DNA of 63,870 bases, counting the filler, from Octopus bimaculoides (lineage: Eukaryota), in the NCBI RefSeq assembly GCF_001194135.2. It is 4 parts of 3 records of this genome, joined end to end, with 100 filler letters (N's around TTAATTAATTAA, not from the genome) between each part and the next. Parts side by side here need not be neighbours in the genome. Positions count along the whole stretch, not along the records: positions 1 to 30,194 come from NC_068982.1; 3 more parts are not named here. One strand, 5' to 3'. Below, in pieces: positions 1-10,834 of this stretch. Positions within the stretch are counted from its first letter, which is position 1. Every line of letters starts with the position of its first letter. Under the pieces are notes generated by a model. It had not been told where the DNA came from. It did not search any database and saw nothing but the letters and a program-made list of their open reading frames with translations. The translations under genes and the position numbers were made by a program.

Positions 1-32
<32 letters not shown>

Positions 33-101
33 TATGAAGCAAAAAAATTTAGGTTAAAATATTTGTGAAGATATACCAATTTTAAAAATGATGTATATAT
101 G

Positions 102-178
<77 letters not shown>

Positions 179-1192
179 GACAAGCTTTTTTCAGTTTCTG
201 CTTGAGGCTATTGCAGAAGACATTTGCCATGCAGTGGAACTGAACCTGGAACCATGTTTCTTAACACACAACCACATACACACACACACCCATGCATGCA
301 TGCACAATAATGTGTGTTTTTTTGTGTTTAAAATTATAAGAACAAACCACAAAAGTAAATGAATATTAATTAGACACAGAACAATGATAAATGGGTGTTA
401 TTGTAATATATGTTGTGTGAGAGTTCACACAAAGTAAACACGTACCTATGACTACATGCTGTTTTTCACAATTTGTAGATAAAAGGAAAATAGATAAAAA
501 AAAGAAAAGAAAATGTGCTTGTGTGTATAAGAACCCCTCCAGATACTTTACTGTTATAGTTGATTATGAGAAATGAATATATTTAAGATGATATGTAACA
601 ATTAAACTCTGAGTTTACATGCAATAAAAGTGTGTTTCTAAGACTACACAAAATTCTGAATGCACTCCAAGATGAACAGCAGGAGTTGTGAATTTACGTA
701 AGTAGTTGTACAGTTTAAGAAAAGAATGTTTGAAATAGGTTTAATAGATTTAATACATTATGGTAGAGTTATGATTGCCACTTAAAAGAACACATATACT
801 GTTATATTCACATGTTCGCTTGTTTTACTTCTTGATCATATTATATATTAAAATGTGTCAAAATGTTTCACCTACACACACACCATCATCATCATCATTG
901 TCGTTGTCATCACCATTATTGTTGTGTCGACGCCCCCAGGCGAAGAAGTAGGATCTCCCAAGACATATAAATAGAGGTAGTCTGGCCGTGGTAGGAGTGT
1001 TGAGTAGCAGTCGAGTAGCAGTTGTGTAGTGGTTGAGTAGAGATCATCCGAAGGTGCTAGATAGCAGTAGCTTGAGACATAACAATTATCAACATCATTA
1101 TTATTGTCATCATTATCATTCTTTTCTACTCTAGACACAAGGCCCAAAATTTTGGGACTGGGTTCTTTTTATGTGACACCAAAGCTACATAT

Positions 1193-1352
1193 AGGTGCAG
1201 TTGTGGCTGTGTGATAAGAAGCTTGCTTCCCAACCACATGGTTCTGGGTTTAGTCCCACTGCGTGTCGCCTTGGGCAAGTGTCTTCTACTACAGCCTCAG
1301 ACCGACCAGCCTTGTGAGTGAATTTTGTAGATGGAAACTGAAAGAAGCCTGT
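1193..1352 (+). mobile_element. SINE family B, tRNA-like 5' half
   Basis: tggctgtgtga (A-box) ... gggtttagtccc (B-box) ... ggcaagtgtcttctactacagcc ... ggaaactgaaagaagcc; same sequence as the full copies at 53490 and 26405. Confidence 0.85.
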
Positions 1353-1360
1353 TGTTTATA

Positions 1361-1800
1361 TATATTCCCTGTCCCAAAGAACAATATCTGGTCTGTTACG
1401 CTTGCACAGAATTGATGTTTTTATTGGGGTGTTCCACCAATATTCCTTGTTTTTAAAGGTGTGAATACCTACTGGTTCTGACATGCCCTTAATGTAAATG
1501 CCAGGGCAGTCTTTCCTGTTGTTGTTATTGTAAAGTGTTTGCAACTATATCATACTTCAGAGGCAGAAAATATCTTGTAGACAGTCTGCTGATGATGTGG
1601 ATGATATCTTCCACACTGGTATAGCAGAACCAACATTTTTTATCACAATGTGGAGGTTTCATGGTATTTTTGTCCCTCTTGTTTATCAGGCGTATATGTG
1701 TCTCTTCTATTTTTAAATCGTTATAAATCTTCTACTGAGGATGGAGCTGGTTTTCAGCAAAGATACAAGGCTCCATCTTTGGGATGTAATTAACATAGAT
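1361..1800 (-). mobile_element. Decayed non-LTR retrotransposon, C-terminal zinc knuckle plus restriction-like endonuclease region (Dong/R4-like)
   Basis: Minus-strand translation gives KCWFCYTSVEDIIHIIS..LSTRYFLPL.YDIVA (CCHC-type knuckle remnant), then YWWNTPIKTSILCKRNRPDIVLWD (W..PI.T....NRPDIV motif of RLE-type LINEs). Frame-disrupted. Confidence 0.75.
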
Positions 1801-2619
1801 AAATTCACATTGGAACCTGAGAAAAGTCTTGCATATATCTTTACTGTTTCACTCACAGAGTGCACTTGTAATGTATGAATTAGCTGGTCAATTTCTCTTT
1901 CTGAAAATCCCAGTTTATCCAGATTCCCCTTTAAGCATTTACTACCTTAGTGCCCCAATTATTATTGGTATGAATATGAATTCATAATCTGGATATAGAA
2001 GCTGGAGGTTTCGAAACAGTTGTCCATAGATATCCACTTTTACTTTAATTTTCAAAGAGATATCTATATCTGCAGGCAGCTGAGAGAAAGTGAGATGACA
2101 TTTTGAAAGTAGATTTTAAAATCCTTCCAGTTGATGGTAACTTCCAAAATATATTTCACAACAGAAACGTTCAGCTGTTCTTTGTCTTTCTCCTCTTTTA
2201 TTCCTTTCTTGGTTTCAGACATTGGACTGCAGCCATAATGGAGCATAACTTTGAGAGGTTTAGTTCATTGAATCAATCCAGAGAGGGTTTTTTTTCTTCT
2301 TTGAAATCTAATTCTTATTCTGTTGATTTCGTTTTGAAAAACCACTAAGTTATGGGGACAAAAACCAATAATGGTTGTCAAGTGATGATAAAACACACAC
2401 ACACACACACATGTGTGTGTATGTTGCTGAAAGTGCCATACTATAGAATTGAACCTGAAACTACACATTTCTGAAGCAAACTTCTGAACTACTCAGCTTT
2501 GTCTACTTACTTTCCTTTTTTTTTTTAGTTTTTCTTTTGTTTTTTGCTTCTTATATGCAATTGGTATCAGATACCTTCTTTTAGTCTTTTCAACATCACA
2601 AGGGTTCTTTTATTCTTCT

Positions 2620-2830
2620 ATTCTTTTACTTGTTTCAGCCATTTGATGGTGGATATGCTGGAGCACCGCCTTTTTACTCAAAGAAATCGGCCCCTGAATT
2701 TATTCTTTGTAAGCCTGGTACTTATTCTGTCGGTCTCTTTTGCCAAACTGCTAAGTTACGGGGATGTAAACACACCAACATTGATTGTCAAGCGATGGTG
2801 AGGAGACAAACACAGACACACACATATATG
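2620..2830 (-). mobile_element. SINE family B, 3' half
   Basis: tacttgtttcagccatttga...gctggagcaccgcc...ctaagttacggggatgtaaacacaccaac matches the reverse complement of the 3' half at 53700-53878. Confidence 0.85.
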
Positions 2831-3441
2831 CTTGTATATGGTGTGTTGTGAATTTATGGGAAGAAATCCCATAAAACTCAACAATTTTGATAAATATATT
2901 TTCAAATAACCATTATAGTCTTTAGTTTTAGTTAACACCTAACTGGACTCACACATATCTTTTTTTCTCATAAGGATAAATATGAATCTCCTAGATCCTA
3001 TTTTGCCTTTTCCTTTCTCAAGTCCTTTGTAACAAAATTTTGTTTATATTTCTTGCACTGAAGAGTAGAGTGATATATAATTAATTTAATTTAACCTTAA
3101 TTAATTCTATTCAACCATGAATTTGCATGATTTTTTATATCTCTGTACGAAACAATCATCTGCATGAATTAAAATTCTCTTATATATTTTAACACCTTCT
3201 CTTCTCCATTTTTATCAAAATTGTTGAGTTTTATAGGATTTCTTTCCATAAATTCACAACACATCATATACAAATATTATTTTTATATTCGCAGTTTTAC
3301 ACCAGTAAGCTACCAGCAAAATATGAAGAATCTATATTAGAAATTTTTTTTTGGAAACCTCCAAATTGAAGGACAAATCTAATTCAACCTTTTTACACAT
3401 ATATTACACACACACACACACACACATGCATATATACATAC

Positions 3442-3600
3442 AAAGGGCTTCTTTCAGTTTCAGTCTGCCAAATACTCTCACAAGGCTTTGGTTGGCCCGA
3501 AGCTATAGTATAAGACACTTGCCTAAGGTGCCATGCAGTGGGATTGAACCTAGAACCACATGGTTGGGAAGCAAGCTTCTTACCACACAGCCACATCTGT
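3442..3600 (-). mobile_element. SINE family B, 5' half
   Basis: gggcttctttcagtttc...gacacttgcctaaggtgccatgcagtgggattgaacc...cttaccacacagccac. Confidence 0.85.
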
Positions 3601-4236
3601 GCCTATGTTTACCTACTTTCCTGTTTTTAGTTTTTCTTTTGTTTTTCACTTCTTATATATAATTGTTATTAGATACATTCTTTTAGTATTTTCAACATCA
3701 CTTGGATGTCTATTTTTATTAAATAAAAAGACATAAATATTTATTCATTACATTATAGCGTACAAAACCCGCAAGGCTTTTTATGGTGTTACTCACACTG
3801 CTAAAAACAGCAGTCAAATCTCCCTCATGTCAAACCCTAATGTCTTAACAAAGGGACACAGTAGATAATATAGATTTACACATCCTAGAAAGACAAGACG
3901 GTTGTGGATGGAAAGTCTTTGATTACAGATCTGCTTGATCCGAACATCAGCAACAACAGCAAAGTTGATGGCTTGTTGGTTAACCGTGTCATAACATCAA
4001 TAAAGAATATTTTATATTACAAAAAAGAAAGAAAAAAAGAAGACAAAAAAATCATTATAAAAAAATAGAAATGTAAAGCAAATGTCTCAGTTTACTTCTG
4101 AATCATTGCACCCTGTCCCCACCCAGGCTTTAGTGCAAACACTGCATGTTTGCATTATTATGCTGCTTTGTAATAATCATGAGTTAGAAAACACCATCTG
4201 TGGACATCAGTACACATGCACCAACTGAGTCACTCA

Positions 4237-4274
<38 letters not shown>

Positions 4275-4304
4275 GATGATGATTATGATGATGATGAGAA
4301 TAAT

Positions 4305-4538
4305 CCTTTCTACTAAAGGCACAAGGTCCGAAATTTTTTTTTTTTTTTTGGTGGGGAGGGGACTAGTCAATTACATCGACCCCAGTGTTACACTGGTACT
4401 TAATTGATCGATCCTGAAAGGATGAAAGGCAAAGTTGACCTCGACAGAATTTGAACTCAGAATGTCAGAATGTTGTAGCAGACGAAATGCTGCAAAGCAT
4501 TTCGTCTAGCATGCTGATGATTCTGCCAGCTCACTGCC

Positions 4539-4591
<53 letters not shown>

Positions 4592-4799
4592 CCTTTCTAC
4601 TATAGGCACAAGGCCCAAAATTTTTTGGAGGAGGGAACTACATCGACCCCAAATTTACACTGCTACTTAATTGATCGATCCTGAAAAGTTGAAAGGCAAA
4701 GTCAACCCCGGCAGAATTTGAACTCAGAATGTTGTGGCAGATGAAATACCTCTAAGCATTTTGCTTGGCATATTAATGATTCTGCCAGCTTGCTGCCTT
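4305..4799 (-). mobile_element. Two head-to-tail SINE family A copies (about 4305-4540 and 4590-4799) separated and flanked by (AAT)n
   Basis: Each has cctttctact...ggcacaagg tail, gaaaggatgaaaggcaaagt core, gaatttgaactcagaa (reverse B-box GAGTTCAAATTC) and ctgccagctcactgcctt head. Confidence 0.88.
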
Positions 4800-5134
4800 A
4801 ATAATAATAATAATAATAATAATAATATTTTTTTTTATAGTTACTTTGTCTGATCTTTTAATATTTTTTACCTGCATTCGCAGCATCAAAAGCAGGCCGT
4901 GTACACTGCTGAGGAGTATATGGAAGCTTTTGATGAATCATATAAACCAATACCTTCCTGCGTCCCTGAGAGCCCCCACCATTTCCTACAAAATGAAAAA
5001 ACAAAACAAAAACCCTGCTAAGATATGGTGCATTATAAGGACTATATTTTAAATCTCAACAAGCTATTTTTTTATACACAATCACATGGTAAAATGGTAA
5101 AAAGTACCATTCGAGCATGATTGTTCCTAGCATC

Positions 5135-5810
5135 GCCTTACTAGCACTTGTGCCGGTGGTACGTGGAAAACACCATTTGAATGTGGCCACTGCCAGTACC
5201 GCCTGACTGGCCTTCATGGCAGTGGCACATAAAAGCACCCACTACACTCTGGTTGGCGTTAGGAAGGGCATCCAGCTGTAGAAACTCTGCCAAATCAGAT
5301 TGGAGCCTGGTGTTGCCATTTGGCTCACTGTTGTTGTTGTTGGCACTCCGTCGCTTATGATGTAGAGGGTTCCAGTTGATCCAATCAACGGAACAGCCTG
5401 CACGTGAAATTAACATGCAAGTGGCTGAGCACTCCACAGACACGTGTACCCTTAACGTAGTTCTCGGGGATATTCAGCATGACACAGTGTGACAAGGCTG
5501 ACCCTTTGAATTACAGGCACAACAGAAACAGGAAGTAAGAGTGAGAGAAAGTTATGGTGAAAATGTACAGCAGGGTTCGCTACTATCCCCTGCCGGAGCC
5601 TCGTGGAGCTTTAGGTGTTTTTGCTCAATAAACACTTACAATGCCCGGTCTGGGAATCGAAATTGCGATCCTATGACCGCAAGTCCACTACCCTAACCAT
5701 TGGGCCATTGCGCCTCCACCATCTGGCTCACTAATCCGCAGTCAAGCCGTCCAACCCATGCCAGCAAGGAAAGCAGACGTTAAACAACGACGATGATGAT
5801 GATGATGATC
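5135..5810 (+). mobile_element. SINE-like family C copy, interrupted by a family D insertion
   Basis: gtgccggtggtacgtggaaaacacc...ggttggcgttaggaagggcatccagctgtagaaactctgcc...cagtcaagccgtccaacccatgccagca...gacgttaaac(GAT)n tail. Confidence 0.85.
5330..5718 (-). mobile_element. Full-length tRNA-derived SINE family D with (CAA)n tail and 14-bp target-site duplication
   Basis: Minus-strand head tggaggcgcaatggcccaatggttagg (A-box) ... tttcgattccc (B-box). Tail reads (ttg)n on plus at 5330-5341. Flanks are ccatttggctcact (5316-5329) and ccatctggctcact (5719-5732). Confidence 0.88.
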
Positions 5811-5824
5811 TATATGTATGAATA

Positions 5825-5861
<37 letters not shown>

Positions 5862-7319
5862 ACATTTATCATTTATGAAGTGGTATTGTTTATATTCATG
5901 TCTGTTTCCACATTCAATAAACACCAAGGTCGATTAATCTTCTGAAACATTTGAAGCTGGTGCTCCAGCATGGCTGCAGTCATGTGAGTGAAATCAATCA
6001 AAGAGTGTTGTTATTCTTTCGCAGGTTTTAGTTAGTGGATCATGGCCATACTGGAGCACTGCCTACAATGCTTTTTAGTCAATTATATTATATCGACCTG
6101 ATTACTTTGATATTTATTTAATTGACCTCAGAAGATGACTGAAGGTAAAAATTAGCCAGGCATAAAGGAAAACAAGAAAAAACAATCTAGACAGACTTAA
6201 ATACATGAGACAATTTTTTTCTGTCACATCCCATGTCAGAGATTACAGTATCTTATGTTTGTTGTAAAAATTACAATAGAAAGATTTTTTTTTTATTTGT
6301 GGTAAGTATTTTAATGAAATAGTTTCAGGATAAAAAACTAAAACTAATTAAGTATAAAAGCCAACAGACAAGTAAATGAAGGATAAGATTAGGTGAGGAT
6401 GGAAGGGAGAAGAAAAATCCAACTTTTAGTGTAACTATTAATTTTTCTTCTTTTAATCAAATGGTTTTAGTGTTAGCTTAAATTTATTTTCTTACCACTG
6501 TCATGATTGTTTTAAACAGTTTACCATATATACAGTTTTTTTTTTTAAATGGTATTTACTAATCTAATTATTTGTATCTACAAATAGAAAAACACACACA
6601 CACACACATACACACATGTATATATATNNNNNNNNNNNNNNNNNNNNNNNNNNNNNNNNNNNNNNNNNNNNNNNNNNNNNNNNNNNNNNNNNNNNNNNNN
6701 NNNNNNNNNNNNNNNNNNNNNNNNNNNNNNNNNNNNNNNNNNNNNNNNNNNNNNNNNNNNNNNNNNNNNNNNNNNNNNNNNNNNNNNNNNNNNNNNNNNN
6801 NNNNNNNNNNNNNNNNNNNNNNNNNNNNNNNNNNNNNNNNNNNNNNNNNNNNNNNNNNNNNNNNNNNNNNNNNNNNNNNNNNNNNNNNNNNNNNNNNNNN
6901 NNNNNNNNNNNNNNNNNNNNNNNNNNNNNNNNNNNNNNNNNNNNNNNNNNNNNNNNNNNNNNNNNNNNNNNNNNNNNNNNNNNNNNNNNNNNNNNNNNNN
7001 NNNNNNNNNNNNNNNNNNNNNNNNNNNNNNNNNNNNNNNNNNNNNNNNNNNNNNNNNNNNNNNNNNNNNNNNNNNNNNNNNNNNNNNNNNNNNNNNNNNN
7101 NNNNNNNNNNNNNNNNNNNNNNNNNNNNNNNNNNNNNNNNNNNNNNNNNNNNNNNNNNNNNNNNNNNNNNNNNNNNNNNNNNNNNNNNNNNNNNNNNNNN
7201 NNNNNNNNNNNNNNNNNNNNNNNNNNNNNNNNNNNNNNNNNNNNNNNNNNNNNNNNNNNNNNNNNNNNNNNNNNNNNNNNNNNNNNNNNNNNNNNNNNNN
7301 NNNNNNNNNNNNNNNNNNN

Positions 7320-7530
7320 TATTCAGGTTACTTGTCAAATCTAATGCTTATTGATTTGCAATTTAAAAAATTAATCATGTATTACCTTGTAGCTTTGAGG
7401 TTTTGATGATGTGATTGTTTATTTTTAAAATGACATTATAGGAAAGGTGTAAAACTCCAGATCTTCCCAGTTTGAGCATATAACAGTTAAAATATTTGGA
7501 CCGGACATGGCTGCTTTAAATTCCAAAGGG
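7320..7530. mobile_element. piggyBac-type MITE, left end lost in the gap
   Basis: Ends ...tccaaaggg|ttaa, the same GGG-TTAA terminus as the MITE at 11578-11798. Internal sequence differs, so a second MITE family. Confidence 0.5.
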
Positions 7531-7639
7531 TTAAGGTTTTCCTTTAGCAAATGTGTATTTGAGTGTGAATTTTCATCTTATTTATAACTTAAATGGGACT
7601 GTTTTGGGGAATGTTATAAATATACCTTTTCATCAACAT

Positions 7640-7875
7640 CATCATCATTTAACATCTATTTTCCATGCCAGCACAGGTTGGATGGTTTGACAGGAGCTAG
7701 CCAGTCACAGAGCTGCACCAGGCTCCAATTGTCTGATCTAGCATGGTTTCTATAGCTGGATGCCCTTCCTAATACCAATCACTTTACAGGGTGTACTGGT
7801 GCTTTTCACATGACACCAGCACAAATGCTTTTTATGTAGGACCGATAAAAGTGCTCATTACATGACACCAGCAAG
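7640..7875 (-). mobile_element. SINE-like family C, reverse copy
   Basis: (cat)n tttaacatc...ccatgccagcacaggttggatggtttgac...ctggatgcccttcctaataccaatcac. Confidence 0.8.
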
Positions 7876-8514
7876 GGCATGAGATATGCACACAACACAT
7901 ATCCAGAAATCTACATTCATATATGCAAATATTCTAGCACAATTAATTTTGACACAAACACCAATGACACCTGAAAAATTATTAAAATAGAACAATTAAT
8001 TTGAGAGAGAGAGAGAGAGAGAGAATGAATGCATTATGAAAAAAAAGGAAGCATATTGTTTTAGTAATTAGTTGTTAGTAGAAAGAAAACTATTAGAAGA
8101 ATATTATGCTCAATACTAAAACCTATTTAAATAAACTGTATGTGTAACTGAATGCTGTATTTTTTAGCAGCACCCATTGACAAAATAATTTGACATTTGT
8201 CATATGTTAACCTAAAAGACAACTCAAGCATTTAGTTGCTATTTAAAATTGCTAGCTACAAGGGTCATTCGAGGATAATTTGTTAAATATCAGTTGTGTA
8301 GACTTGAGTGGGTAATTTTATTTTTTTCTCTGTTACTTATATCCATTAACTTTAGTTTTATATTTTCTCCAAAACTTCTGATAATATTTTACCATCTTTA
8401 TCATTTAATCAGCACTACAATATATTTATTTGTATATATATATATAACCACATGTGAATTGTTGGTGATTTTGTCCCTCTGTCTTCCTTTTCTCTTGGAC
8501 TTCCCTCTGTCTCC

Positions 8515-8551
8515 TGTTTCTGAAGAAGAGCTTTGCTTGAAATGTAAAACA
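8515..8551 (+). ncRNA. Decayed minimal type-I hammerhead ribozyme motif with canonical CUGAAGA core, in a dispersed Penelope-like terminal repeat
   Basis: tgttt-CTGAAGA-a-GAGC-ttt-GCTT-GAAA-TG-TA-aaaca: helix I tgttt/aaaca, helix II GAGC/GCTT, GAAA, then UA. The two deviations from GCTCGAAACGT are C>T changes at CpG sites. Confidence 0.55.
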
Positions 8552-8653
8552 CCCTTTCTTTCCTTCCCTGAGCATCTGCTAATACTTTGCATGTACCACG
8601 TCCTCATGTTGTTTTTTTTTCTTGTGTTTGTTCTTTGTTTTGTTTTTTTGATT

Positions 8654-8704
<51 letters not shown>

Positions 8705-8739
8705 TGTGAAATCGCAGTCATAGATGATATTGGTGTCAC

Positions 8740-9340
8740 GTAGCCGGCACCCATGCAGGTGGCATGTAAAAATCACCTTTCGAGCATCAAGCCTCATGAA
8801 AGCAAAGTCGTTCAGCTCCTATTGAATGTTGGGCCTCACAGAGGCAATGATCGAGATCTTTGGCTTTATGTTGTGCTTGAGAAGAAGACCCATCAAGCCA
8901 AGTAAAACTGCAGTCACGACAGATACCAGAACCATGCAAATGGCACCCTTGTCAGTGGCACGTAAAAGTACCTTTTGAGTGTTGGGCTTCATGGAAGCAA
9001 GGACTGAGACCATTTGGCATTAAGCTGGACTTCGAGTGTTGGGCCTCACGGAGGCGAAAACTGAGTCCATTTGGCATTGTTCTGTGCTTGAGAAGAAGGC
9101 CCATCAAGCCAAGTAAAACTACAGTTGTGGTAAATACCAGAGTCACACAAATGACAGCCATGACAGTGGCACGTAAAAGCACTGATTACACTCTCAGAGT
9201 GGTTGGCATTAGGAAGGGCATCCAGCCATAGAAACCATGCCAAAATGAACTGGACTCTGGTGCAGCCTCCCAGCCCTAGTCTCAAACAGTCCAACCCATG
9301 CCAACATGGACAACAGACATTAAATAATGATGATGATGAT
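8740..9340 (+). mobile_element. Family C copy with about 200-bp internal tandem modules
   Basis: gtggca(c/t)gtaaaa anchors at about 8759, 8956 and 9166; gtgcttgagaagaag.cccatcaagccaagtaaaact repeated; standard family C 3' end with (GAT)n. Confidence 0.8.
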
Positions 9341-9429
9341 ATGTGCATATATGTATGTGTGTGTATGTATGTATATATGTGTGTGTGTGTATAATGTTTT
9401 TATTTATACATATATACATATACATATGT

Positions 9430-9835
9430 GGCCAGTGCCCACTGACTGGCTCCCATGCTGGTGGCACATAAAAAGCACCATCTGAACGTGGTTGATGCCA
9501 GGTCTGCCTGATTGGCTCTTGTGCCAGTGGAATGTAAAAAGCACCAACTGATCAAGGCTGATATTGATCCCCTGACTGGCTCTTGTGCCGGTGGCACATA
9601 AAAAACCACTATCCGAAAGTGATCGATGCCTGCTTGATTGGCTCCTGTGCTGGTGGCATGTAAAAAGTATCCACTACACTCTCGGAGTGGTTGGCGTTAG
9701 AAAGGGCATCCAGTTGTAGAAACATTGCCGGATCAGATTGTAGCCTGGTGCAGCCACTAGCTCTCCAGACCTCAGTCAAACCGTCCAACCCATGCCAGCA
9801 TGGAAAGCAGACGTTAAACGATGATGATGATGATG
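9430..9835 (+). mobile_element. Family C copy carrying a 4-unit repeat-spacer array at 9443-9671
   Basis: Four 37-nt repeats tga(c/t)tggctc.tgtgc.ggtggca.(a/g)taaaaagcacc at 9443, 9509, 9573 and 9635, followed by the standard family C 3' end. Confidence 0.85.
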
Positions 9836-10834
9836 ATATTTATATATTTATATTTATATGATGATGATATATGTAAATTTATAAATATACATGTATACAT
9901 ATGGATGGGGGTGCTGGACTCCCAGTTCAAAAATATAAGGAGACAGATATTGTGTCATATAGCCAGCTGGGAATGATATTTCCTGGGGCTAAACAGCAGT
10001 AACAATCACCCTAACCAGGACAGCCACATTATGTTGACAAATAATCTTTACTTTAAAGAATTGTTACTGAATATCTCTCTTTGAGAGATTTAGAAATAAT
10101 AATGTTTCTATAATGGTACAATAATGCACCAATATTTACTGGAAATAGCAGTCGATAATATACAACCCTACAGTAAAGCTTTACTATATATATATATATA
10201 TATATNNNNNNNNNNNNNNNNNNNNNNNNNNNNNNNNNNNNNNNNNNNNNNNNNNNNNNNNATATGTATATATATTGGCAAAGATGTTTGCGGGCAGCGA
10301 ACATAAAAAATTTCATCTTACCCGTAGGAAGAACATTAAATAAATGTACAACCCAGATGTGGATAATCTAGGACCTAGGTTTTGAACTTTCCAAATTACG
10401 TTTGTTAACGTAAATTTGATTAGTTCTCTTTGGTTAGATTCACCTAGACAAAATTTCGAATGTTGCTACATATACACACACACACACTTACACACACACA
10501 TGTAATTTATTCCTCCAAAACAAGAATGTAACAAATTTCTGGAATTTCTTATACTCAGATATTGTTCTGTGTTCTGCTGTGTTTATAAGGTGAGAAAAGA
10601 AATGGAAGCTGGTAAATGGTTTTAAATTGCTTTCACTCAGCAATCATTATTCCTTGATTTATGGCAACTTGTTATTTAGGTAGATTGCCTTTCGACTTAT
10701 GAATTATTTCACTCTATTCTAGTATGAAACATTATGATGATGAGCAGTAGTAGCAGCAGTAGTAGCAGCAGTAGCTGCATTTGTCGTTGAGGAAGTTTAA
10801 TCAATTCTGCTTAAGAAATAGCTAAAAGGATATG

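Noticed and set aside
880-1090. 3' end or UTR of the Dong/R4-like LINE continuing past the SINE insertions
   Set aside because: Position and orientation fit, but I could not recover a convincing terminal peptide motif, so it is left unassigned.
5640-5718. tRNA genes at SINE heads (also 53490, 26405, 11130-11200)
   Set aside because: They have A/B boxes but no complete cloverleaf, and each continues into a SINE body.
9443-9671. CRISPR array
   Set aside because: Eukaryotic context, no cas genes, degenerate repeats, mutually related spacers, and the array is an internal part of a multi-copy SINE-like element.
10105-10155. Cadherin-like NNAPIF peptide (protocadherin exon)
   Set aside because: There are in-frame stops on both sides, no preceding D.ND, and no extended cadherin ORF.
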